64,000 nt of DNA from the NCBI GenBank assembly GCA_964452525.1, contig CAYVLZ010000005.1:6979-70978 (forward strand). Reading direction: 5' to 3'. Made by a program: the position numbers and the translations under genes. Numbering within the stretch: the first letter of the stretch is position 1; each line of letters starts with the position of its first letter. A model generated the notes under the pieces. That model saw nothing but the letters and a program-made list of their open reading frames with translations, was not told the origin of the DNA and searched no databases. Below, in pieces: positions 1-8,711 of this stretch. Source of the stretch: Candidatus Woesearchaeota archaeon. GTDB lineage: Archaea; Nanobdellota; Nanobdellia; SCGC-AAA011-G17; CAYFGV01.

Positions 1-770
1 GATTTAGATTTTTTAGCTATTGTTGCAGCCTGCTCTGCTGTTAAGTGTCCATATTCTTTTGCTAATTTTTCTAGCTCTGAAAGGAAAGTGGCTTCTGTTA
101 TTAGAATATCTGAATTTTTAGCTAACTTTATTGCATTTTGACAGAGTCTGGTATCTAATATTATAGATATTTTTTTACCTTTTTTAATTTTTGTAGCTTT
201 GGCTGCGGGTATTCTTTTGCCTTTGTATGTAACGTTTTGGCCTTTTTGTAATTTTCCAAGTAAGGGATGATTTTTTAAGCCAAATTTCTTAACGTAGTTG
301 AGATCAATTTTTCTTTTGTCTTTTTCTACGAAAGAATATCCAAGACACTTAGTTAGATGGTCTAGATAATATGATTCAAGTTGGAACTCTTTGTTTTCAA
401 AGAATTTTCCTTGTTTTTTAATCTCTGTTGTTTTTACATCTAATCTTCTTTCTGGTATGAATACTTTGTGTATTATTTTCATGAAGTTTTTTGTTCCTAT
501 TGGACCATAGATTTCTAAAGTTTTCTTTGTCTTGGTTGATGCTATTGTTTGTAATAATCCAGGCAGTCCGAATACGTGATCCCCGTGCCAGTGTGTGATT
601 AGAATCTTTGTTATCTTTGCTGGAGATATCTTGGCTGTTCTTAATTGCCTCTGAGTTCCTTCTGCACAATCCACGAGTATATTTTCATTCTTGTAATTAA
701 TTAAAATTGCAGAAGGATTTCTTTCTTTTGTTGGGAACATGGTTCCTGTTCCAAGGAATATAATTTTCAT
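1..770 (-). CDS. rnz: Ribonuclease Z (tRNA 3' processing), runs off the window start; not in ORF track
   Basis: Manual translation from ATG at 770: MKIIFLGTGTMFPTKERNPSAIL..LVDCAEGTQRQL..ITHWHGDHVFGLPG..YGP..DTR..EATF..GHLTA. Contains the HxHxDH metallo-beta-lactamase and RNase Z motifs. Confidence 0.95.
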   Translation of the reverse strand, partial: MKIIFLGTGTMFPTKERNPSAILINYKNENILVDCAEGTQRQLRTAKISPAKITKILITHWHGDHVFGLPGLLQTIASTKTKKTLEIYGPIGTKNFMKIIHKVFIPERRLDVKTTEIKKQGKFFENKEFQLESYYLDHLTKCLGYSFVEKDKRKIDLNYVKKFGLKNHPLLGKLQKGQNVTYKGKRIPAAKATKIKKGKKISIILDTRLCQNAIKLAKNSDILITEATFLSELEKLAKEYGHLTAEQAATIAKKSK

Positions 771-819
771 ATCTTTCTTCAGAGAAAGTTTTTTAAATAG
801 TTTACGCTTTAATTTTCTA
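771..819. promoter_or_regulatory. Divergent archaeal promoter region between rnz and endA
   Basis: 49-bp spacer with GAAAG (BRE-like) followed by TTTTTTAAATA about 25 nt from the start codons. Confidence 0.55.
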
Positions 820-1371
820 ATGGCTAAGAAGAAACAGAAAGGTAAAAATAAGAAATTTGATATAATGTTTAGTGGAGAGAGAATCATTGCCGAAGATAGA
901 GGGGAAGCTACTGAATTGTATAATCAGGGGAGATTTGGAGAGTTAAAAGAAGGAAAAATTCAGTATAGTCTTGTTGAGGCCCTATTTCTTTTAGAAAAAG
1001 AAAGAGCTAAGATTTTAGATGGTAGAAAGAAACAACTAGATTTTGAAAGTTTTATTAGGAAAGCTAAGAGATATGAACCAAGGTTTTGGGTGAAATATTG
1101 TGTCTATAGAGATATGAGAAGTAGGGGGTATATTGTTAAAACTGCTTTGAAATTTGGAGCAGATTTTAGAGTTTATGACAGGGGTGTTAAGCCAGGAGAA
1201 GATCATGCTCGTTGGGTTCTTTATCCTGTTCATGAAAGCGAGGTAATGACCTGGTATGATTTTGCTGCCAAGAATAGAGTTGCACACAGTACTAGGAAGA
1301 GACTTTTACTTGGGATAGTTGATGATGAAAATGATTGTACTTTCTATGAGGTTGCTTGGACTAGGCCCTAA
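820..1371 (+). CDS. endA: tRNA-intron splicing endonuclease, single catalytic unit (~183 aa)
   Basis: SLVEALFL, VYRDMRSRGYIVKTALKFGADFRVY, EDH, NRVAHSTRK, DDEND loop, FYEVAWTRP. Tyr/His/Lys triad present. ATG at 820 preferred over 739, which overlaps rnz. Confidence 0.95.
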   Translation: MAKKKQKGKNKKFDIMFSGERIIAEDRGEATELYNQGRFGELKEGKIQYSLVEALFLLEKERAKILDGRKKQLDFESFIRKAKRYEPRFWVKYCVYRDMRSRGYIVKTALKFGADFRVYDRGVKPGEDHARWVLYPVHESEVMTWYDFAAKNRVAHSTRKRLLLGIVDDENDCTFYEVAWTRP

Positions 1372-1407
1372 GAAAAGTATTTTATAGTTGTGGTAGTTAC
1401 TTGAATC

Positions 1408-2262
1408 ATGCGAGAAAATAAATCAAAAATTCTAGAGTATATAAGGTTGAACAGTCCTGTGTTGCCTGTACAAGTTTCTAAATATATTGGCACAAATATT
1501 ATCATGGCGGGGGCTTTATTATCAGAGCTTGTTAGAGATAAACAAGTAAGGATCACTAAGGTTAAGAGCGGAGGAAGCCCTTTTTATTACATTCCTGGAC
1601 AAGAGTCTAGGTTACAAAAATTGGTTAGTTTTTTGCCTCAGAAGGAAAAAGAGATTTGTGAGATTTTAAGAAATAAGAAGGTTATCAGAGATAAGACTTC
1701 GGAGCCTTGGCAGAGGGTGGCTTTGAGGTCTGTAACAGATTTTGCGATTCCTTTGCAGGTGACTTCTGATCATGGGGAAGAAATATTTTGGAAGTGGTAT
1801 CTGGTTGATAATTCTGATATTAAAGATATTGTTGATGATATTATTGGTAATAGAAAAGAAATAAAAGAAGAAAAGAAGGATGTTAAAAAAGAAAGTGAAA
1901 TTCAGAAGCCTTTAGTTAAAGAAGAAAAGAAGAAAGTTGAATATGCAGGAGATGATTTCTTTGATTTGTTAAAAAATTATTTTTCTAATAGCAAAATCTA
2001 TGTTGAAAGAGAAGAGATAATCAGAAAGAACAGAGAATTTAGCTTTGTTGTTAAAATTCCTTCTAAGATTGGGTTGTTGAAGTATTTCGTTAAGGCTAGA
2101 AATAAGAAGAGTATTAGTGATGCTGATTTAAGTTTAGCTTATAGTGAGGGGCAACAGGTAAAGTTGCCAGTTCTGTTTTTAACCAATGGAAAATTGACTA
2201 AAAAGGCAGAAAAATACCTAGAAGATAGATTAAAAGGTCAGTTGGTGTTTAAACAAATTTAA
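1408..2262 (+). CDS. Hypothetical protein: N-terminal winged-helix-like region, charged linker, C-terminal restriction-endonuclease-like fold
   Basis: 284-aa ORF with a TATA-like element upstream. Domain guess from sequence pattern only. Confidence 0.55.
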   Translation: MRENKSKILEYIRLNSPVLPVQVSKYIGTNIIMAGALLSELVRDKQVRITKVKSGGSPFYYIPGQESRLQKLVSFLPQKEKEICEILRNKKVIRDKTSEPWQRVALRSVTDFAIPLQVTSDHGEEIFWKWYLVDNSDIKDIVDDIIGNRKEIKEEKKDVKKESEIQKPLVKEEKKKVEYAGDDFFDLLKNYFSNSKIYVEREEIIRKNREFSFVVKIPSKIGLLKYFVKARNKKSISDADLSLAYSEGQQVKLPVLFLTNGKLTKKAEKYLEDRLKGQLVFKQI

Positions 2263-2300
2263 TCGTAACCTTTAAATATAAGACTATTAATGTTTAATGT

Positions 2301-2531
2301 ATGGTGAAAAGAGGTAAGGAAGTATCTGATAGAGTGGTAATTATTCTTGTTATCGTTGCTGTTGTTGTTTCCATAGTTGGTACTTATTTAGTTTATACTA
2401 ATGCTACAGATATTGCTAAATCTAGACAACAATTGCTAATTCAGGAAAATGTTGGAGAAACTAATTCTGAAGGACAAGTGGGTCTAGTTGTAAACCCTCA
2501 ACCTAGAGAGGAAGGTGAAGGCGGTGGCTAG
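2301..2531 (+). CDS. Small membrane-anchored surface protein
   Basis: N-terminal hydrophobic helix VSDRVVIILVIVAVVVSIVGT. Confidence 0.7.
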   Translation: MVKRGKEVSDRVVIILVIVAVVVSIVGTYLVYTNATDIAKSRQQLLIQENVGETNSEGQVGLVVNPQPREEGEGGG

Positions 2532-3216
2532 AAGAAAAAGAAGAGAAATTAGAGAGCATCATGGAATATCTAATAATACTTTATTAATGTTAATAGTTAT
2601 TGCTATAGCTGTTTCTATTGTTGGAACATGGACTAGCTTAAGTAGATTAGCTCCATTGACTGGGGCTGTTGGATTAACTGGTCAAGCTAATGTAAGTGTC
2701 GGATCATTTACAGCTGTTAATTTTACTCGTGATAATATAACTTGGGGAGAAGGTGTTGTTAACGATGGGGATAGTTTTGCTGTTTTGAATACAAGTGATG
2801 GGGTGGTTGGAGGTAATTGGTCTCAAGTTGCTTATGGTTCTGGGAAAGGCTTTTTAATTAGGAATAATGGTAATATTAATGTTAGTTTGGATCTTTTATC
2901 TAGTACTGATGCTGCAACCATGATTGGTGGCGGTTCCCCTGAGTTGATGTGGAATGTTAGTCAGAATGAGGCGGGAAGTTGTACGAATAGTAGTTACGGT
3001 TGGTTGGAACCACAACAAGAGGTAGATGATTCAGAGTGGAGTTTATCAGAGTATCAGGATGTAAATACGACTAGTCCAGGTTCTAGAGTATGTTATGTAT
3101 TTCCTTTTAATAATGATTATGATGAGATAAGGGTAGATGTTCATATGAAGATACCTTCTGATTCTTTAAAAGGAGAATTAACAGCCATATTCACAGCTAC
3201 AGCAACAGCTTTGTAG
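2524..3216 (+). CDS. Membrane-anchored, probably N-glycosylated beta-rich surface protein
   Basis: GTG at 2524 after GAAGGTGA RBS. TM helix ISNNTLLMLIVIAIAVSIVGT; many N-x-S/T sequons. Confidence 0.7.
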   Translation: MARRKRREIREHHGISNNTLLMLIVIAIAVSIVGTWTSLSRLAPLTGAVGLTGQANVSVGSFTAVNFTRDNITWGEGVVNDGDSFAVLNTSDGVVGGNWSQVAYGSGKGFLIRNNGNINVSLDLLSSTDAATMIGGGSPELMWNVSQNEAGSCTNSSYGWLEPQQEVDDSEWSLSEYQDVNTTSPGSRVCYVFPFNNDYDEIRVDVHMKIPSDSLKGELTAIFTATATAL

Positions 3217-3253
3217 TTTAATAGAAAAATATATAATGCAGTAAAACAGGTTT

Positions 3254-4375
3254 TTGATTATGAGATTGTTTATCTTAATAGTAATGTCTATTTTGATCTT
3301 TATTCCCTTCGTTAGTTCCATAGGTGTTACTCCTTCTAAAGCAGAATACGATTTTGTACCCAATTTACATGAAACAACTAAGTTTACAGTTTTTTCTGAG
3401 TCCGAAGTAGAGGTTTATGTTACCGGTGGTCTTAAAGATTATATTACTCTGAATAAGGATAAACTTCCTATCGGAGGTGGAAACGTCATAGTTGATATAA
3501 GTCTTCCTGCTGAGATGTCAAGACCGGGCATTCATAAAGCAATTATAGGATTTAGATCTGCTGGTAGTGGGGGCCAAATTGGTTCTATAGCGGCTGTTCA
3601 AGCACCTGTAATAGTTAGAGTTCCTTATCCTGGTCCTTATATAGAATCTAGTATGGAAGTAGATAATGTAAGAGTCGGGGAGACTGTAAAGTTTTTAGCT
3701 TCTTTAATTAATTATGGTGATCAGGAAAGTGGCACTATTAATCTTGATGCTGTTGTCTATGATTTGGAATATAATCTTGTTGGTAGTACTTCTGGAAGCA
3801 CTGGTTCTTTAGATCCAAAGGAATCTAGGAAGGTTGCACTCGATTGGTATTCTGTAGATGTTCCCGAGGGAGAATATTTAGTTAATTTGACGGTCGATTA
3901 TGATGGTAATCTGGCTTTTGCTCATGCTCCTTTTAGAATTGGGGACGTTTTAATTAAAATAGAAAAAATTAACGGCACCGAACTTAAAAAAGGAGAAATA
4001 AATATTGTAACCATAAAAGCAAAAAGTTATTGGAATGAAATCATTGAAGGAGTTTATGCTCAACTGGAGTTTGAGGTTGATGGAGATCCTGTAATTGTTA
4101 AGAGTGAATCCCGGGATTTTGATACTTGGAAGGCTTACGATTTTGATTTGTATGTTGATGCTACTGATTTGCAAGTCGGAGATTATAAGGGAATTGCTAA
4201 AGTCATATATAATGATAAAATAGCTGAAGAATCTGTAAAACTATCTGTTAATAAAAATTTTTTAAGCAGTCTGATTTCTACACAATCCATTCTAATATTT
4301 GCTATAACTATCCTAATATTAATAAACTTGAATAATTATCTTAAGAGAAGAAATAGGAAGAAGAAAGTAAAATGA
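3254..4375 (+). CDS. Secreted Ig-like/CARDB-like surface protein with C-terminal TM anchor
   Basis: Signal peptide, IGVTPS start, beta-rich domains, C-terminal TM plus basic tail. Confidence 0.7.
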   Translation: MIMRLFILIVMSILIFIPFVSSIGVTPSKAEYDFVPNLHETTKFTVFSESEVEVYVTGGLKDYITLNKDKLPIGGGNVIVDISLPAEMSRPGIHKAIIGFRSAGSGGQIGSIAAVQAPVIVRVPYPGPYIESSMEVDNVRVGETVKFLASLINYGDQESGTINLDAVVYDLEYNLVGSTSGSTGSLDPKESRKVALDWYSVDVPEGEYLVNLTVDYDGNLAFAHAPFRIGDVLIKIEKINGTELKKGEINIVTIKAKSYWNEIIEGVYAQLEFEVDGDPVIVKSESRDFDTWKAYDFDLYVDATDLQVGDYKGIAKVIYNDKIAEESVKLSVNKNFLSSLISTQSILIFAITILILINLNNYLKRRNRKKKVK

Positions 4376-4785
4376 AAATAAGAAATATTGTTATCCTTTT
4401 GTTTTTTGTTTTGGTATCTTCTGTCTTTTTAGGCATCTTGTTTTCTAATTTGTTGCTTGTTGATTATACTGAGGTGGATGCTTATCTCACTGTAGGATCT
4501 CATTTAGGTTTTAATCTTGATTCAGATGCTTTATATCTGGGAACGGTTCTTCCCGGTTTTAGTGGCAATAGGGATTTAGTAGTGAATAATGAAGACTGTA
4601 GTAAATGCAAAGTAAACATCAGATCTGAAGGAGATTTGTCTCGGTGGTTGGTTATATCCAATAATAATTTTGTAATAAGAGAGGGGGAAGAGAGAAAAGT
4701 TAATGTTGCGGTATTTGTTCCTCAGGATGCAGAGTTTGGGAATTATACTGCTAAGATAAAGATATACTTTTGGAAAACTTTTTAA
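4372..4785 (+). CDS. Membrane-anchored Ig-like protein
   Basis: N-terminal TM, GFNLDSDALYLGTV, VFVPQDAEFGNYT; ATGA overlap with the upstream gene. Confidence 0.7.
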   Translation: MKIRNIVILLFFVLVSSVFLGILFSNLLLVDYTEVDAYLTVGSHLGFNLDSDALYLGTVLPGFSGNRDLVVNNEDCSKCKVNIRSEGDLSRWLVISNNNFVIREGEERKVNVAVFVPQDAEFGNYTAKIKIYFWKTF

Positions 4786-4808
4786 AATTGAAAAGCTGGT
4801 GAATATCT

Positions 4809-5987
4809 ATGTTTAGGATTAGAAATGATATCATTGCCGTTCTTGTATTCTTACTTATGATTGCTTCTTTGAGTACCATGACTATTATTTCTTATAGAGC
4901 ACAGGAATCTTTAATTAGTGGAGATGTTTCTGGGACGATAAGTTTGAAAGTAGGTGAAACCGGCGTTACTCCGACCGAAGAACCCGGTCCCGGGGGTCCG
5001 GGTGGCGGAGGAGGGGGAGGAGGTCCAGCTACTACTGCTTCAAGATCCGATTTTACAGTGACTCCAGATTTCACTAAAGTCAATTTGATACCTGGTCAAA
5101 CTTCTAGAGCATCTTTAGCTATAACAAATACAGGCGAAACTTTATTATCATTTGGCTTGAAAGTTAATATTCTAGATGCTTATGTTACTGTAGATGAGGA
5201 TAGTTTTTCTCTTTCACCTGGCGAATCTAAGACTATTTATCTGGATTTTAAAATACCTTTAGAAATCCCTTTAGACGTCTATTCTGGAGAATTAATAATT
5301 AGTACTAAGGAGATTACCAAGAAGATTCCTATTGTGATTGATGTTGAATCTAAGGATACGCTTTTAGATTTAAAAGTCACAATACCTGAAGAATTTAAGA
5401 AAGTCAAAGCTGGAGAAACCGTTTATGCTAGGATATCTTTGTTTAATTTAATAGACGAACCTATTAACATTGAATTATATTATGCTATTAAAGATACTAA
5501 TAATAATATTGTTAACTCGGGTACAGAGAGGATTGTTCTGAATGATACTTTGGTTTTAAGCAAGGGTCTGGCTATTAATGGAGCTACTGGAGATTATATT
5601 TTTTATTCTAAAGTAACTTATAAGGGAAAAACTGCTGTAGATAGTGATGTCTTTGAGTTGGTCAGTGAGATAGTTAGTCCGAGATTAAGGATATCTGGTG
5701 TTTATATTTATGCTGGACTTTTTTTAGTATTAATTATTTTACTTTTAATAACATACCAACATAGGAAGTTAAAGAATCTGGAGAAAGGGCAGTCTAGAAA
5801 GTTGAGTACGATGTATAGCAGATATAAGAAGGAGAAAAAAACTATTGAGAATAAGAATTCTATGAAAGATAAATTAGAGAAACAAAAAACTTTATTAGAA
5901 AAAGCTTACAAGGGAGGACATATAGGTAGGAGTGCTTATATCAAAGGTAGAAGTAAGATTAATAATATTCTTGGTAAGATTAAATAG
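4809..5987 (+). CDS. Surface protein with Pro/Gly linker, Ig-like domains, TM and basic cytoplasmic tail
   Basis: PGPGGPGGGGGGGGP linker, ITNTG..LSPGES Ig-like motif, TM near aa 300. Confidence 0.7.
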   Translation: MFRIRNDIIAVLVFLLMIASLSTMTIISYRAQESLISGDVSGTISLKVGETGVTPTEEPGPGGPGGGGGGGGPATTASRSDFTVTPDFTKVNLIPGQTSRASLAITNTGETLLSFGLKVNILDAYVTVDEDSFSLSPGESKTIYLDFKIPLEIPLDVYSGELIISTKEITKKIPIVIDVESKDTLLDLKVTIPEEFKKVKAGETVYARISLFNLIDEPINIELYYAIKDTNNNIVNSGTERIVLNDTLVLSKGLAINGATGDYIFYSKVTYKGKTAVDSDVFELVSEIVSPRLRISGVYIYAGLFLVLIILLLITYQHRKLKNLEKGQSRKLSTMYSRYKKEKKTIENKNSMKDKLEKQKTLLEKAYKGGHIGRSAYIKGRSKINNILGKIK

Positions 5988-6047
5988 AAAAGAGTAACAT
6001 TTATAAATGTGGAAGTTTAAAACTTTTTAAAAAGAGGTTGTTGATAG

Positions 6048-6347
6048 ATGGTTAAAAAGTCTAAGAGAAAAAAAGCATTACTTTCTGAGGCTTTGACGGA
6101 TATTTCTAAAGAAATTACCAAATTAAAAAGAGAGAAGATGGAGATTGCTAAGAAATTAAATCAGATAGATGGTACTTTGGTCAATGTTCAGAATAGAGAA
6201 TCTAGGTTGAGAGATAGGATTACTAGATTAATAGCCGAGGAATCTGCTTTAACTAAGAGGAAGAGCACTTCTCAATCAAAGTTACTTAGGTTGAAAGAGA
6301 AGTTAGCTAAAGTAGAGAAAATTAAAGGTGAGTTAAGAGATATTTAA
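6048..6347 (+). CDS. Coiled-coil hypothetical protein
   Basis: 99-aa heptad-rich ORF with GAGGT RBS. Confidence 0.65.
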   Translation: MVKKSKRKKALLSEALTDISKEITKLKREKMEIAKKLNQIDGTLVNVQNRESRLRDRITRLIAEESALTKRKSTSQSKLLRLKEKLAKVEKIKGELRDI

Positions 6348-6929
6348 TACTTCTAATATTCTTTTAAAATTTTTTTCTGTTTGTTCTTTTTTATAATTCT
6401 TTAGATCTTCTTTTAATTTTTTCTTGTTTATTTTTAATTCTTTATTTAATCTATACATTAAGAACTGACAAAATTGCGTAACGTTCTTAGGACTCTTTGT
6501 AATATAACAACGTTCGAAATCGATTAATTTAGGTTCTTTGTCTATAAGTATATGTTTTTCTGGATGTGTGAATTCCTTTTTGTTTATTTTTAATTTATCT
6601 AAGGTTCTACATTTCAGTAAAATATTTTTAATCGCCTTTGTTACCTCTTTTTTGTTTTTTATCCATTCTGATATTGGTTTTCCTTTGACGAATTCATATA
6701 CAATATATTTTTCCCCTGAGAATAGTATCCTGGGTCCTATATTGTATTTATTTATTTTTTTTAGGAAGAGGGCCTCGTTTTTTATTCTATTTTTTGCTTT
6801 GGTTTCTGGTTTCTCTATTTTGATGGCTACTTTTTTATTTTTATATATACCAGTGTAAACTATGGATCTTTTTCCTTTAGAAAAATATTCTATTGTCTTT
6901 ATTTTGTTTTTTACCTTTGGTGGTATCAT
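6333..6929 (-). CDS. Atypical archaeal Ser/Thr protein kinase-like protein
   Basis: KGKRSIVY, VAIK, conserved E, LIDFE. The catalytic loop is non-standard (KKEFTHPEKH). Confidence 0.75.
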   Translation of the reverse strand: MIPPKVKNKIKTIEYFSKGKRSIVYTGIYKNKKVAIKIEKPETKAKNRIKNEALFLKKINKYNIGPRILFSGEKYIVYEFVKGKPISEWIKNKKEVTKAIKNILLKCRTLDKLKINKKEFTHPEKHILIDKEPKLIDFERCYITKSPKNVTQFCQFLMYRLNKELKINKKKLKEDLKNYKKEQTEKNFKRILEVLNIS

Positions 6930-6996
6930 GTTGTTTTTAAATAGAAAGATTTTTAAATAATTTGCCCTTATATTTCTTTAAAAAGAGGCTTATGAA

Positions 6997-8709
6997 ATGA
7001 AAAGGTTATTTATTTTTGTCATGTTGTTTATATTCTTAGCGGTTAATGTTAATGCTCAAGGTAATTTTAGTGTTTCTAAAAGTTTTAATTGGCTTAATGA
7101 TACCATGGATTCTTCCAACTGGAATAGAGACGTTGATGAAATATCGATGGCTATCTTGGCTTTGAGGAGTGGAGGATATGATGTTAGTGGTGGGGTTAAT
7201 AGATTGCTTGAAATGGAAAGTAATGATAACTGGGGGGACATAGATGATACTGCCCTTGCTGTTCTTGCATTGTCTAAGGAAGGACGCGATGTTAGTAAAG
7301 AGATAGAGTGGTTGGTTGATGAGGAGGAAAGAGGAGATTCTGGAGAATGGTTGATACAAATTGTTGCTGGTGGCGAGGGTACTTGTATACTGGAGCATAG
7401 CGGTGGTCAGGAAGAAATAGAAGTTAATGGTACGGAGGTTACTTGTAGGGGAAGTGGAGAAGGCAGTATGTTTGATGTTGTACATTGTATAGGAAGAAGA
7501 TTAGACCCCTATGAAGTTTTGGATATTGACTGTGGAGATGTTGGAGAAGCAGATGTTAATCTGTTGTATAGAGAGAATTTTAATTATTATTTGTTAGATG
7601 ATGATTTGCCTTTAGAAGTTAAAGATGCTTGTTATGATAATTGCAGGTATAGGGATGCTGCTTATGTTGCATGGGTTTTGTATGCAGTTGGAGAGGAAGA
7701 GCATTCTAGTATTTATTTAGATATAAATAGAAATGATAATGTGATAGGACATTCGGTGCTTTCTTTGATAACGAGGGAGAAGATTTATTCTAATTGGTTG
7801 AAAGATAATCAGCAGTTAAGTGGAAGTTGGAATGGGGATGTTACTGATACTGCTTTTGGTTATCTTGCTTTATCTAATGATTTTGAGAGTAGTAATAATT
7901 TGGATGATGCTGAAGATTGGTTTGCTGATGGGGTGGATGAAGATGGCTCTTTTGATCAGGATATTTTTGAAACTGCACTTGTTTTATATGTCTTAAATCC
8001 ACAGCCTGTTGGAACTGGTCCTTTTTGTGGAGATGGTGTTTGTAGTGCGGGAGGTGGAGAAACAATAAATAATTGTCCTAGTGATTGTGGGGTGTGTGGA
8101 GACGGTTTGATAACTTCTCCCGAGGAATGTGAATTCTCTAGTGATTGCTCTAGTTTTGGTTCTGGTTATGTATGTCAAGAATGTTTGTGTGTTCTTCCAG
8201 ATGAGACAGCTTGTACTGCTGATGATGAGTGTATGAATGATTTTGATTGTGAGGTTGGGGAAATTTGTAATACTGATTCATGCCAATGTGAGGTTTCTTC
8301 ATCAGAGGGTTGTTTAAGTGATTCTGATTGTCCTACTGATTATTTATGTAATGCTGTTACAGGAACCTGTGATTATGTGGGTGGAGAAGGCGAGGATGAA
8401 GGAGAAGGAGAGGAAGAGAGTTCAAGCTTCTTAATATGGGCATTTGTTTTGGTTGGATTCTTTGTATTAGCACTTGGTGCTTATTTCTTTTATATGAGGC
8501 GTAAGGGCGGATCTGGTTTAGGAAAGAAGAAGAAACCAGGAAGCTTTGAAGATTTTTTGAAGAAACGTCAACAGAGTAAACCTGCTTCGAGAACCGGTTT
8601 ACAGAGAGTGGCTCCACCTGCTAGGAAGCCTAAGCAATCTTATTCAGCCACGGAAAGGGCTTTGGACGAATCAATTAAGAAAGCTAAAGATCTTATAGGT
8701 AAAAAATAA
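6997..8709 (+). CDS. Secreted alpha/alpha-barrel (prenyltransferase/squalene-oxidase-repeat-like) protein with Cys-rich repeats and C-terminal TM
   Basis: Repeated 'W..D..DTA.A.LAL' helices, QQLSGSW, CGDG..C repeats, C.SD.DC repeats, TM plus basic tail. Confidence 0.7.
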   Translation: MKRLFIFVMLFIFLAVNVNAQGNFSVSKSFNWLNDTMDSSNWNRDVDEISMAILALRSGGYDVSGGVNRLLEMESNDNWGDIDDTALAVLALSKEGRDVSKEIEWLVDEEERGDSGEWLIQIVAGGEGTCILEHSGGQEEIEVNGTEVTCRGSGEGSMFDVVHCIGRRLDPYEVLDIDCGDVGEADVNLLYRENFNYYLLDDDLPLEVKDACYDNCRYRDAAYVAWVLYAVGEEEHSSIYLDINRNDNVIGHSVLSLITREKIYSNWLKDNQQLSGSWNGDVTDTAFGYLALSNDFESSNNLDDAEDWFADGVDEDGSFDQDIFETALVLYVLNPQPVGTGPFCGDGVCSAGGGETINNCPSDCGVCGDGLITSPEECEFSSDCSSFGSGYVCQECLCVLPDETACTADDECMNDFDCEVGEICNTDSCQCEVSSSEGCLSDSDCPTDYLCNAVTGTCDYVGGEGEDEGEGEEESSSFLIWAFVLVGFFVLALGAYFFYMRRKGGSGLGKKKKPGSFEDFLKKRQQSKPASRTGLQRVAPPARKPKQSYSATERALDESIKKAKDLIGKK

Positions 8710-8711
8710 CA

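Noticed and set aside
4975..5030. GC-rich island that could be a structured RNA or repeat
   Set aside because: It encodes the Pro/Gly linker of the 4809-5987 protein.
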